Positions 27,860 through 38,459 of a stretch of 43,121 nt of DNA are shown one piece after another (the stretch's first letter is position 1; every line of letters starts with the position of its first letter). The DNA is from Sphaeroforma arctica JP610. Taxonomy: Eukaryota. The DNA is taken from positions 71,714 to 114,834 of the forward strand of contig NW_014040429.1 in the NCBI RefSeq assembly GCF_001186125.1, written 5' to 3'. The position numbers and the translations under genes were made by a program. The notes under the pieces were generated by a model. The model was not told the origin of the DNA and ran no database searches. It saw only the letters and a list, made by a program, of their open reading frames with translations.

Positions 27860-28190
27860 CCTTATACAAAAGCGTGCCGGTTTCACGGTCGACATATATA
27901 GGTTTGTCTTGAACCATACCAATAAGCTCACGTATGCAAGGATCGGAGATATGTAAGGGACAGCACAGCGGTATGATAGATTTAGTTATTAACATAATTT
28001 AACAACTGGTATATTAGTTGCCATGATGGGTCTGCCCACAATTGTGTAGAGATTGGTCAAGCTGAAACGCATCACCCTTAGGGTGTGTCGGCGACATGTA
28101 TTCGGGTACTTGTTTATTTTGTTCAGCAGCAAACATATCAATAGTAAATCGACCCCAGCGTGACTCACCGAGCCGGAACCATTTCTTAAT
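27860..28190 (-). pseudogene. Degenerate DNA N6-adenine methyltransferase domain in retrotransposon pol (copy 2)
   Basis: KWFRLGESRWGRFTIDMFAAEQNKQVPEYMSPTHPKGDAFQLDQSLHN / (frameshift) WADPSWQLIYQLLNYV / LCCPLHISDPCIRELIGMVQDKPIYVDRETGTLLYKG. This aligns residue by residue with the domain at 38030-38434. Confidence 0.85.
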
Positions 28191-29100
28191 AAGCAATTGA
28201 CGTTGTGATTTTTTTTTTAAAAGTCAGGAACAAGTCGAAAGAGCATGTCAGAAAGATATTATATATTCCTGGTATGTTTGCTATATTAAAGGCAAACTTA
28301 GCAATTATGTCATGACAGCGACTCCATAACTGTGAATCATGGTTCATGCCTTCGAAGTAAGCTAAATCCTTTTGATCACAGGCGACATTGAAGTATCTTC
28401 CGTTTAGGTAGTCTTTGAACTGAGTAACTAAAACCCTTATTTAACGGTAGGGTAGGGTAGTTACGTTGACTTTGGTTATAGCTCTTACTATAATTGCTTG
28501 TAGTGTGGGTTACCATATACAGTTTGATATAGTACGTCCCTAACCGCTCGATCTGAAGCTTCGGCTGCTGCTTGAAATGGAATGCCGTCTACTGGGTATT
28601 GCATGATCGGTGCATCCATTACTTTAGCGTTATCCGAGAGATACTACCATCGTTATTTGTTGGGAGAAAGAATTCAAAATATGTAAGCTTTCAGGTACAC
28701 TTTTATATTGGTACTTATTGCCTTGCCACGCAAAGAGAAAGTACTTCCTACTTGGTTCGTAAATTGTAATTAATGAAATACAGCTTTCAAATCCATCTTG
28801 GAAAAGATAGGGATAATATTATTTATGTAGTATCTCACTTATTTTAGAAAAGGGAAAAATAAGTTGCGGTTTTAATTTATTAATTGAAAACAGGTCTAAC
28901 ACCACTCTTGTTTCACTGAACGTTCCATCAGATTTATTTTGATATACCGTTAAGAGCGCAAGGTTAACAGAGGTTGTATCGTATTTGATTTGAATTAGAC
29001 CATTTCATTATCCAGTCTTCAATTTGGGTCTTGACTCCATCTTTGTGTCGCCAACTTGCGTAGTTATAAGAAGGATACTTTAACTTAGATTCCTACAGAA

Positions 29101-29289
29101 ACTCTCCTACACCCCCCCCCCTTCCCTGCCGGAGTCCCTTCGGAAGTGGTGGAGGGTAGTAACTCTCCTACACTTCCTCTTTTGGCGGGAGTCCCTTACC
29201 TTTGGGAGTAGCATCGTGGGAGGGCAGCTTCCTACACTCTTTCGGAGTCGGGGAGGTAGTCCCTTCGGAAGTGGTGGAGGGTGGTAACT
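29101..29289. repeat. Three imperfect tandem units of about 60 bp (ctcctacac...gtcccttcggaagtggtggagggtagtaact)
   Basis: Units start at about 29101, 29162 and 29229. The related motif ggagtagcat recurs at about 32447 on the other side of the nested element. Confidence 0.75.
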
Positions 29290-31084
29290 GGTGTGGTCAA
29301 AACCAATTGACACTTAGTACAGAGTGCTAAGTCTGAAATAAGCCTTCTCTGCGGATGCCTGAGTGATAACGGAGCGGTTCGCCCCCGTGTTAATGAGCTG
29401 CGCATCGCATGTCCGTTTACTTGTAAAGTAAGATACACTCGGTTGTCGGTAGGGAACAATTTCTCTTTTACTGCAAATATTCTTGTCGCCGTACGACCAA
29501 ACGTCACGCACGGGTTCAACTCAGACACCCCAGCATCTCAATTCGAGCTTATCTCCTCTTCCCAATTGGCTGGCCCTTGCTCGGTCTCCATCAACTCATC
29601 TTCGCTGTCTACATATGACTTGTCGACCAAATCATGAATATGCATCACCTCACTCTCACCTACCTCCGCTGGCGTAGGATCAGGAATCTGATCATTCCCA
29701 TCCACTAGATTAACTCGAAGGCGGAAGTTATTACCCGGCGCCTGTTGTGTACGCGTGGATGTACCCACAGCTGATACACGGTGTAGTGGCGCACCCCCTA
29801 TGGTTGCTTTCTGTAACTTAGGACAGCGTGGTGCGTCCGCTGGGCCAGGAGGGAGATTCTGTTCACATGACCGACAACGAACCCGAGGGTTCGATGCTGG
29901 CAGTGCATGCGGGTTAGCTCGTGTGTTCGCCTCCACACGCACTCGTGGGCGTGAACGTGATCCCCCCGGAATCTGTAGCGGCCGAGAAAGATTTGCCCGA
30001 CGGTGGTCTTCTGTCTTGTCAATATTTACCCTAAATACATCACGCAATTGTGCAGCGGAGTATTCTCGCCAGTTCGGGTGCATACGAAGGGTATCGCGGG
30101 ATTATGCTCCCCCGCAGCTTGACTTATTAGGTTGAGCATACCATGATTGCGGTATACTTGTAGCGGATTCTCATATTGTCGCATCTCCATAAAGTCTACT
30201 TTGCGTTCAAAATTCCGAAGTTGTGTCTCCAGTGGCACCGAAGGGTTTAACTTCATGCAAGCCACCACATTTCTGTATGTGTTATCTTTCAGATCTTATT
30301 CGTATGTGCGTACAATATGAGCAGTGACGTCCTGAAACGACATGGACTGCAATTTTTGTTCGTTCTCCACGATAAAATCCAATAACGCCTTGGGAGCTCC
30401 TTTCTTTTTGAAGTGCCCTGTGTAGGCCCTTGAATCGGGTCTAATTTGTGAATTCAAAATGAACGCATGCAGCTGTATCTTCTGCGGGTTGTCCAAAAAA
30501 TAGCTTCCTTTAGCGTCCGTTTGTCTACCGTTATCGAGCATGTCTTCAACGTCTCATTAGATGTGCGAATTAAACCCTGCAACGAACGGGTGTCCTCTGT
30601 GTGCCCCTCAGATTCTGATTGCATCATACATTGGGTGAGATGGAATACCTGCGTTTTCATATCTGCCGCGGTAGATTCAATGATGCACGCCTCTGTAGGT
30701 GGTGATATCTTACATCGTTTCACATCCTGCGGGTCCTCTAGGTAGCGATCGTGGTGAACAGGGAAGTGTTTGCGATATGCAAGCGTATCGAGAGGTACAT
30801 TTGCATTATCCTGGCAGTTCTTCTTCCTCTCTTCTGGTGACTGTGGACGACGACGATGTTGTAACTTGTTCCGGAATAAATTCGCTGCTGCTTGACCGTG
30901 AATAGACTGTTGGTTGTCGTGGAGATTTCATCACTCTGCAAAATGCATCAAAGGACCGCTTCGCCGATGATGACAAATTTAATGGGGTAGCTGTAGCCAT
31001 GTCCAAATGTAAGTCCGCTGGGTCCAAAAAAATTCTACCAGGATATTTCACTACAGCTGACGACTCCTGATTACGATTAAAATC

Positions 31085-31312
31085 CCCAAAGTCGATTGGC
31101 GTCACTTCTGGTGTCGGAATTGCTTATGCTCGATTTTGAGCGTAGTTTAGCATCCGTCCTCTACGAGAAGCGTGGACATTGTCGTACGAAGCTAACTTCC
31201 CAAAATCGATTGGAATCTCCTCAGGTGTCGGAATTTCTTGTGCCCGATTTTGAGCGGTTTTCAACATTCGTTCTCTGCGAGTAACAGGTACATTATCGTA
31301 GGGAGCCACTCG
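31085..31312 (-). repeat. 114-bp (38-codon) diverged tandem repeat inside the nested gag
   Basis: cccaaagtcgattgg...ggtgtcggaattgcttatgctcgattttgagcg versus cccaaaatcgattgg...ggtgtcggaatttcttgtgcccgattttgagcg. The protein unit is YDNV...RR.RML..AQNRA..IPTPE..PIDFG. Confidence 0.85.
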
Positions 31313-31995
31313 AGGTACAGGCTTCGTGCGGCCAATTCTGTGTTTCACCTAAGTTGCTTCATGTTGTTAGTCCCACTGCCAGGTGACTGGTCGATTGGTG
31401 TCGACCCTGCCTGCGTTGGGTATTGAGGAGCCCAATGTTGTTGCACTGTTATCATCATCCACTGTCGCCTGGGTCGTATCATGGGGCGTAAACGTATCAA
31501 TATCCGCCAGTGACAATTCACGAAGTCGGCGGAGTTGCTCTTGAATGAGATGAATATTTTCCGTGGCCTCCTGCACATGCATCATCGTATCCAAGTGTCC
31601 TTCTTGATCAGAAATCCAGTTTGGGGATTGTCTAAGCTTACCCAAGGTTTTAATCGAGTATTGGGCCTCAGAAACCAAACTGGTCAATTCCAAATGAATT
31701 TCTGTCTTCTTGTCATCCTCAGGTGCCGGTTTCTTAGCAATTGTTGTCTCCACCTTGGTAACCGGCGAAGAGCTCTAAGCAACCCCCACCTTAGCACAGA
31801 CTAATGGTAACTGGCAAAAGCTCCAAGCGACCATTTCAGCAGCCGGTCACAAACTTGCTTACCCACCTTAGGCAACAGTTTAGTATTGGGTCCAGTCATT
31901 ATTGTAAATTAAAAAAACCTAAAATAAGTTGCTTCTTAGTTGATTGTCTTCAAAGAACGTATTATAATAAATAGAGTAGTTCGGTCACTTAAAAA

Positions 31996-32408
31996 TGTGG
32001 TCAAAACCAAGTGACACTTAGTAAAGATGTAGTGTGAAGTCTGAAATAAGTGAACTCAGTCAGGAGTACCGTTGTGATCGGCGCGTCTGCTGTATCTATT
32101 GTCACATTCCTGTGTGGAACGAGATTTCTTCTAACAACGGATAATTGTGAAAAAGTCCGTATCTATGGTTTTCGTCTGCTAGTTACTATTAATTATGATA
32201 ACACCCTATGAATCATCATTCGTCTCCAAGATACTAAATTATGATGATACTTTCTGAGTCATCATTCTCTCGCATTTGGTCCGGTCCCTTAGTCCGGTCC
32301 TGAAAGAATCTCTTTTAGATCTGGTCCTCTGGCCCGGTCTTAAAATCCTCATCTAGGTCCGGTCCTCTGGTCCGGTCCTAAACCTCCGTCCAGGGTAATT
32401 TGTCTACA
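31996..32408 (-). repeat. Putative 5' LTR of the nested element, with internal ggtccggtcc repeats
   Basis: TG...CA ends. Several ggtccggtcc(t)-like motifs at 32278-32380 and a duplicated ttatga...tcatcattc motif at 32193-32270. Confidence 0.55.
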
Positions 32409-35391
32409 TTGGTAACCCTCGTATTGAGGAGAGTAGCCCCCTCCAGGAGTAGCATGGAGGAGGATGCCACCATAGAATGTTTTTGAACGAGTGTATATGC
32501 TTATGTTCGACAAAGGTGCGTTGGTTAATTGCGGATTACCTTCTCTCTCTCTTCTCTTCTATCAGTTAAAAATAGATATTTGTAGTCGATGGCTTCTTCA
32601 GAAGTAAAAACTCTACCTTATCCAAAATGAAGTCAGTTCGCTCATTACTTACAGGAGCGTAGACTACACGAGTCAAGCAGAGCTGTGGTATTTTTTTCCT
32701 CCCCAGTAACTTATATTATACGCATTCAAATATTTATTCATCACCTTCGGTACATATTGTATTAAAGAAATTTATGGTCTTGTTTCAATCGGCATGTCCA
32801 TGCAATTATCGGTGTGCCATCTATTGATACTTCTGCAAGTAGAGCACTATTCATATAATGTCCGAAGATTGACTTGCCTGGAGCACACGTTTCTAGGTCG
32901 TGTCTACCAACCCATGTACCATTTCGTACAGTGAGATTGAAACACTTACAAGGTGCCCGCTGCTGCTGTTTTTTCTTATTAGAACCTGAAGTAGGCGAGG
33001 GAGTACTAGCTGCAGTGGAAGTTTGAGGGTTCTTCTGGATGTTGCTTATAGTACTCAGTACTCTGGTAGAAGCGTTAATATGTTTTTGAACTAATGTTTC
33101 AAAAACAGACCACGGCATGGACCTCAGGTGACCGTAAGTGATGATATCGTCGTTCACTTTTGTAAAGTGACTAGCCTCCATAGCAATAATATTAATAATT
33201 TCAAACAAAAAAAGATAAGTTACAATGTATGTATGTTATAATGTATGAACATATGGTATGGCTTTCATAGCCGTTGTAGTGGTTCGAGAAAGATTGATGG
33301 GAAGAAGTGGGCAGTAAATTCCCGTTTAAAGCTTGGGCCAAGTGAGTCGACGATGGAGGATATGCGCTGAGTCAATTCGGGCCGGTGCTGACAAAACACT
33401 GATACCATCGAATGTGCCCTGTATTCGCTTGCTGACCTACTAAGTAGCGTACCCACCTCCGTGGTACCGATTGGGTCTGCGGCGTGTAGGCCGTGGAATC
33501 CATATCAACAGATATTTGTCATTGTAAGTACGACCTTCTGATCATCTTACGGATCCTATGCATTACATGAGAAAGTGTACCTCGTTTGATGGGTTCGGTA
33601 GTGAACGACTTACGAGACGCGAGAAGTTCACGACCGCAATGTGCATCTGCAAAAAAAAAGGATTCAAGATACTTTCTCGTAGCTGTTTCCGGGGTAATAA
33701 CTTCCAGTTAGGTTAGCTTTCAGTATGGTGCGCTATTCAGTAGCCTCGCAACGCAAATGTACGAAAGCAATCTTCATTTGTTTATTTTTAAGGTTTGCAG
33801 TGGTTTAAATTTTCTCAAATGGTTTTGGTGTTTCCAGTGTACTCTCGTTGGTTGAGAAATTGGCCTCAGCATGAGAATACTCAAGCTGCTTAATGAAGCT
33901 TGATTTAGTGTGCACTCGCTGCATCCGCTCAGTGCTCTGTTACGGGGTAGCTTGCGTTAAGATCATGTGTCATTTTCCTTTATCGTTGTCGTATCAATGA
34001 GGTAGCGGATGTTTACCACATATTTAACTAGCACCTTGATATTTGTCCTATTGGTTGTTCGAGAGTTTTATATCTATTTGTAAGGGATTTATGTGCCATA
34101 AAGCAATTGAAAGGCCGGCCTTTAATACTCACGCCATACAACTCGTCAATACAATCATTACCATAGTCTTGTTTGACTATCTTCATTTCGGCGTCTACCA
34201 TCCTCTCGTCAAATTTATAGCTCGGTGCTGTACTGCAAGTGTCACGAGCTGTGCATGTAGTTGGTAAAAACTTTGCTGTGTAAACTTCGATGGATATTTC
34301 AATGTTTTAAACTAAGTTATATAAGCTAAGATACAATTTAAGTCAGTTAGGATTTAGCAGTGGTAGCTTGTGTAAGAATGGTCGGGACTGCCTCTTGGTA
34401 AGAGCCTTAATATCCTCGATCACACAGGACGTACCTCTAGCTGTTTTTTATTGAATAGTTTTCACTAGAAGTACTAAGTGTTCATGACCACATGTCTAAT
34501 TTATAGATAGACATAAGAACGTAAGTCAAGTTAATACATTAGCTAATATAAATATAGTTCCATCTGAAGAAAAGTTAAAAAAAGAAAAAGATTTATTGGA
34601 TTTTGGAGTTCAGCTGTAGATTGCACTCGTTGTTTGCTTCTAATTGTCGGGTCTACGTACACTTGCTTCAAACAACAGCAATCATCGACAGTGTGTGGAT
34701 TTTCTATGCGATATGGAACACATGACTGAAACAGAAGACAGCTCTTGTATCTCAAACAATTAGTCCATTTTTGTCCGATCCATTGGTACAGAAAACTGTC
34801 ACTGTTCTGCATCCATTTTTATCGTAGCCTACTCATTCCTGCGTGATATGTCAGATCTGAACACTATCTATGCACTGAAATAACACAATAGAAAAACAAA
34901 TAATTGTCCAGTGTTGATATGCTTACAATTTTTATTTTTTTTTGGCTAGGGGAAGTGGATCGTGGTCTGCCGTCCCCCATTTTGTCGGTTTGCAATCCTA
35001 GAGCTACATATACAAGGAACGCGAACGGATGTAATGGGAGTGGAAAGTACTTCCAAGAGACGAAATGACTGTTAGAGGGCATTTGGGTGTGCATCTAATG
35101 ACAATATTGGTATCTTTATTATCTAGGCCTCAGGCGTATGCTTATCGAAGCATATACTCTGTTCTTCTACGAACCAAAAGTTTGCTTAGCACTCGACAAG
35201 GTACAATCAATTGTATCTCTTGAAAATAATGTGGATTGCTGCTTTGTGCAGAGACGATACACATCCCATCACAGGTATCTTCACCGAGTCTATCTTTCAC
35301 TATAAGAATTCCAAACTTTTCCCTCAAAATCCTACCAATGAATCGTTGTTGTTAACTGTGTATATTCTAATTTGTATATTGTGTGTCTTGC

Positions 35392-35900
35392 TGTAAGATT
35401 CGGTCTATTAAGGCGATATTAACGCCTTAGAGTAAATATACGCGTGGGTAAATTCTAAGTATCGTGAAATTATCAAAGTAAATAAACGAAATGCGACTTT
35501 TAGTAAAGTTAGGTATGCCTCGTGAAAACAGCAATACTCTGAGGGATTGTGAGGCTGAGACATTGCCTATATATAATCCTCTCAGTACTGTTTCCGCCGA
35601 AGGGATTTTATTTAGTGTTTCGTTGTCGCTCTATTAGAAACTATTGTATGTTTCACTGGGGCGAATCCGAGAGACTCATAAAATCCTATCTTTAGAATAA
35701 AGAAATAAAAAAACAAAAAAACTCTTGACGTCCCTAGTTACTGTCTTAACCAATAACTTGCCACTATCTAGAATTACCGACTTAGCCTTCATCAGAATGG
35801 CACATCTGGTTGGCTTATCGGAGGATCAACTAGGTAACGTTAATAGTCCCTAGAAACCTATATTCGGTTGAACCATCTCGCTACCGAAGTATTCAGATAT
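35392..35900 (-). repeat. 3' LTR
   Basis: tgtaagattcggtc...ctaccgaagtattcagatat is collinear with 42637-43117. It may extend further right, because its partner is cut by the window end. Confidence 0.9.
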
Positions 35901-36046
35901 AAATAAATTTGAAAAGTAAATATAGTTCTATTAATAGAACTAGGCAAACTCTTATGTTTGGTATTTTACTGAGGCCTTTTAATGGCCTTGTCCTAATATC
36001 TGATATGTAAAATGGAAAAGGTTTAATTAATAAAACCATTAAAAAT

Positions 36047-36149
36047 CATTTTAGGAAACTTAAGTTCCTTGTGCTATTAAGAGTACATTTAGGAAGCTTA
36101 AGTTCCTCGTACTATTAAGAGTACATTTAGGAAACTTAAGTTCCTCGTG
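36047..36149. repeat. 38-bp tandem repeat running into the assembly gap
   Basis: Units catttaggaa(a/g)cttaagttcct(c/t)gt(g/a)ctattaagagta start at 36047, 36086 and 36124. Confidence 0.9.
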
Positions 36150-36479
36150 NNNNNNNNNNNNNNNNNNNNNNNNNNNNNNNNNNNNNNNNNNNNNNNNNNN
36201 NNNNNNNNNNNNNNNNNNNNNNNNNNNNNNNNNNNNNNNNNNNNNNNNNNNNNNNNNNNNNNNNNNNNNNNNNNNNNNNNNNNNNNNNNNNNNNNNNNNN
36301 NNNNNNNNNNNNNNNNNNNNNNNNNNNNNNNNNNNNNNNNNNNNNNNNNNNNNNNNNNNNNNNNNNNNNNNNNNNNNNNNNNNNNNNNNNNNNNNNNNNN
36401 NNNNNNNNNNNNNNNNNNNNNNNNNNNNNNNNNNNNNNNNNNNNNNNNNNNNNNNNNNNNNNNNNNNNNNNNNNNNNNN

Positions 36480-37600
36480 AGTATGTATAGCCTCCCTTAT
36501 CCGTTCTCCATATAATGTCTTTAAATTCAGCACGATCAAGAGGGGCATTAGAGTCATGTCTTCTTGCGAGTATAATCTATGTAGTCGGAATACGACTTGT
36601 GCCTATATTAAGCGCACTAGAACCATCGGGGTTATTTACCTCGTACGTTCCACTTTTAGTGTCTATTACAGATATTATATACGGACCTATCCTTTAGATG
36701 TTAACACAGTAGCATCGGAATTACGTTGACTGATGTTAACTCTGTCACCGACCTGATACTCTGCTATCTTCTTGGTAGTGTTCCAACGCTTTTGCCTTTT
36801 TAATGAGGCTATATTGCGTATTTTTCGCAAGCACGGATGTACAACGTTATAGATACGTTGTCCCTTCTCTAACCATGGTAACTCATGGTGATCAGGTTCG
36901 TCCTTGTTAAAGGGGATTTGTAACTCACTATATCTGCCACGAAAATAGTGAGTGGGTGTAGTTCCTGTAACCGGATCAGCACACTCGCTCATCTGTGTTT
37001 GTACTCACGTAAGGTGGAACGGCCAATCATCTGCATCATCCGTTAATGCAGTACTCAAGAAGAACGTAAGTCTTCTATGGCGCGTTTCATTCGCGCCTTG
37101 CGTTTGCGGCTTATATGGCACACCTCTCTTATGGCATATGCCTGATACGAGTACTAGCGATTCCATTACGTCATCGCAGAACTCACTACCGTTATCAGTG
37201 CACAGAATACCTGGCCACCTGTGGTCAGCAAAGACTTGGCAACATGATTCTGCCACGGTCTGCATATTCTTATCCTTAAATGGATAGAGCAAGTTAAACC
37301 GTGACGCCACATCAACGAAATGGCGTACGTAACGGTCGCTTGTGTGCTCGGACGTGGGCAGGTCAACCAGATCAAAAATGACCCTGCGCCATGGAACATC
37401 TTCAGTCACACTCTTAAGCGGGGCGAACCCATAGCGCTTGATCTGATTGAGATCACAGTCTGTACATGACTGATATATTCTGTCAACTAAAGTTGCCAGC
37501 TTAGGGTGCGCGATCCCATTTCGCTTAGCATCTTTAAGTGCATCTACTACGTTCTGGTGCTTCAGCTTATGGTTTTGCGTCAGCCAAGCAAGAATGTTTT
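36480..37600 (-). pseudogene. Retroviral-type DDE integrase with HHCC zinc finger and GPY module
   Basis: HKLKH...CTDC; PWRRVIFDLVDL; VDVASRF; TDNGSEF; PYKPQTQGANE; WPFHL; TGTTP; (R)IGPYII at about 36680. There is an in-frame TGA at 37005-37007, a frameshift at about 36690 and a TAG at 36577-36579. Confidence 0.95.
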
Positions 37601-38029
37601 CATCATTCTGCTCCTCCAGAGTAAAGGTAGGGTGTTGAGAATCCACTTGCGTGGTCTCTAAGTCTGTAGTGTTTCCAGACTCATATACTGCTTTCGCATG
37701 AGCGTCATAAGTGCGCTCAGATACACCTGACTTATTAAATAGTCGCATTATATGTGTATACGCTTCAGGATTGTCTTTCATTATTCCCTTTAGAAATAGG
37801 GGTTGAAAGACCTCGGGCTTGGACTTTATGTTATTAAACAAAGTCCTAGCTAGAGACTGATGCTTCTTAACAGTAGTGTCATTAGTATATTGTATTTCTT
37901 GTGCACAGACTTTAAGTGCTATGTTGCATTTGAACTGCTTAACGTTCAATTGGGCAGAGAGTGGAATCTCTGATTCTTTGACCTTGTTAAGGAAGGTCTC
38001 AGAAGGAGTCCATTTGGTTGTTCCAATGG

Positions 38030-38434
38030 GACCTATACGACATATTATAGTATGTCTCCAGGGCTTCTTCTGGACGGCTCGGGTACCCTGATATAGGAAA
38101 GTGTCTACTTCCCTATCTAAATATATTGGCTCGCATTGTATTATGCTTATTAATTTATTGAGCCATGGATCTTTACTCCGTAACGGGCAACACAACGTGA
38201 TGGTAGCTTTATGTATATGAACATAATTTAATAGCTGGGCAATTAACTGCCATGGTGGATTAGCCCACGCATTATGTTTGGAGAGGTCTATTTGAAAGGC
38301 GTCTCCCAGAGGATGATTAAAAGTCCTGTAATTCGATGTTGTGTATTATGATGTGCAGCAAACATATTTAAGGTATGTGACCCAAATATCTTTTGAGCCA
38401 GTTCAAACCACATGGGATTACATTTCCAGTCATT
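38030..38434 (-). pseudogene. DNA N6-adenine methyltransferase (Dam/DIRS-MT-like) domain within pol
   Basis: Hand translation across a 1-nt frameshift at about 38340 gives NDWKCNPMWFELAQKIFGSHTLNMFAAHHNTQ/TSNYRTFNHPLGDAFQIDLSKHNAWANPPWQLIAQLLNYVHIHKATITLCCPLRSKDPWLNKLISIIQCEPIYL. The catalytic NPPW motif is at 38250-38261. Confidence 0.92.
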
Positions 38435-38459
38435 GGCTAGTAACTCACGTACGGATTTA

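Larger units (their letters stand above)
29292..32408 (-). mobile_element. Nested, internally deleted LTR retrotransposon (gag plus protease start only)
   Basis: The direct repeat tgtggtcaaaaccaa(t/g)tgacacttagta...aagtctgaaataag occurs at 29292-29342 and 31996-32050. Between them lie broken minus-strand gag-like ORFs (31753 to 29538, with a CRSC..C knuckle-like motif) and an aspartic protease start, RVYLTLQVNGHAM/QLINTGANRSVIT (29350-29445), cut off at the left repeat. The right LTR end (tgtctaca, 32408) is tentative. Confidence 0.75.
26400..34300 (-). mobile_element. Old, heavily degenerate Ty3/Gypsy-type retrotransposon (gag-PR-RT-RH-MTase-IN), interrupted by a nested element
   Basis: Minus-strand remnants collinear with the element at 35392-43121: gag knuckle (NGTWVGRHDLETC, about 32900), protease (TALLDSCS, about 32670), RT N-terminus (YPSYNYASWRHKDGVKTQIEDW...VNLALL...SDGTFSETRVVLDL, 28890-29090), RNase H (TQFKDYLNGRYFNVACDQKDL...DMLFRLVPDF, 28210-28580), MTase (27860-28190) and integrase (SDNDSEFCNDVMKAL...HRRGVPY, 27020-27380). 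The RT core is largely deleted. Outer boundaries are approximate and no LTR pair was found. Confidence 0.85.

Noticed and set aside
34371..34560. tgtaagaatggtc as the 5' LTR edge of the old element
   Set aside because: It resembles the LTR start tgtaagattcggtc and sits in a plausible place, but I found no partner repeat near 25900-26300.
36047..36149. CRISPR-like array (also 29101-29289)
   Set aside because: The units are contiguous with no unique spacers, the context is eukaryotic, and there are no cas genes.
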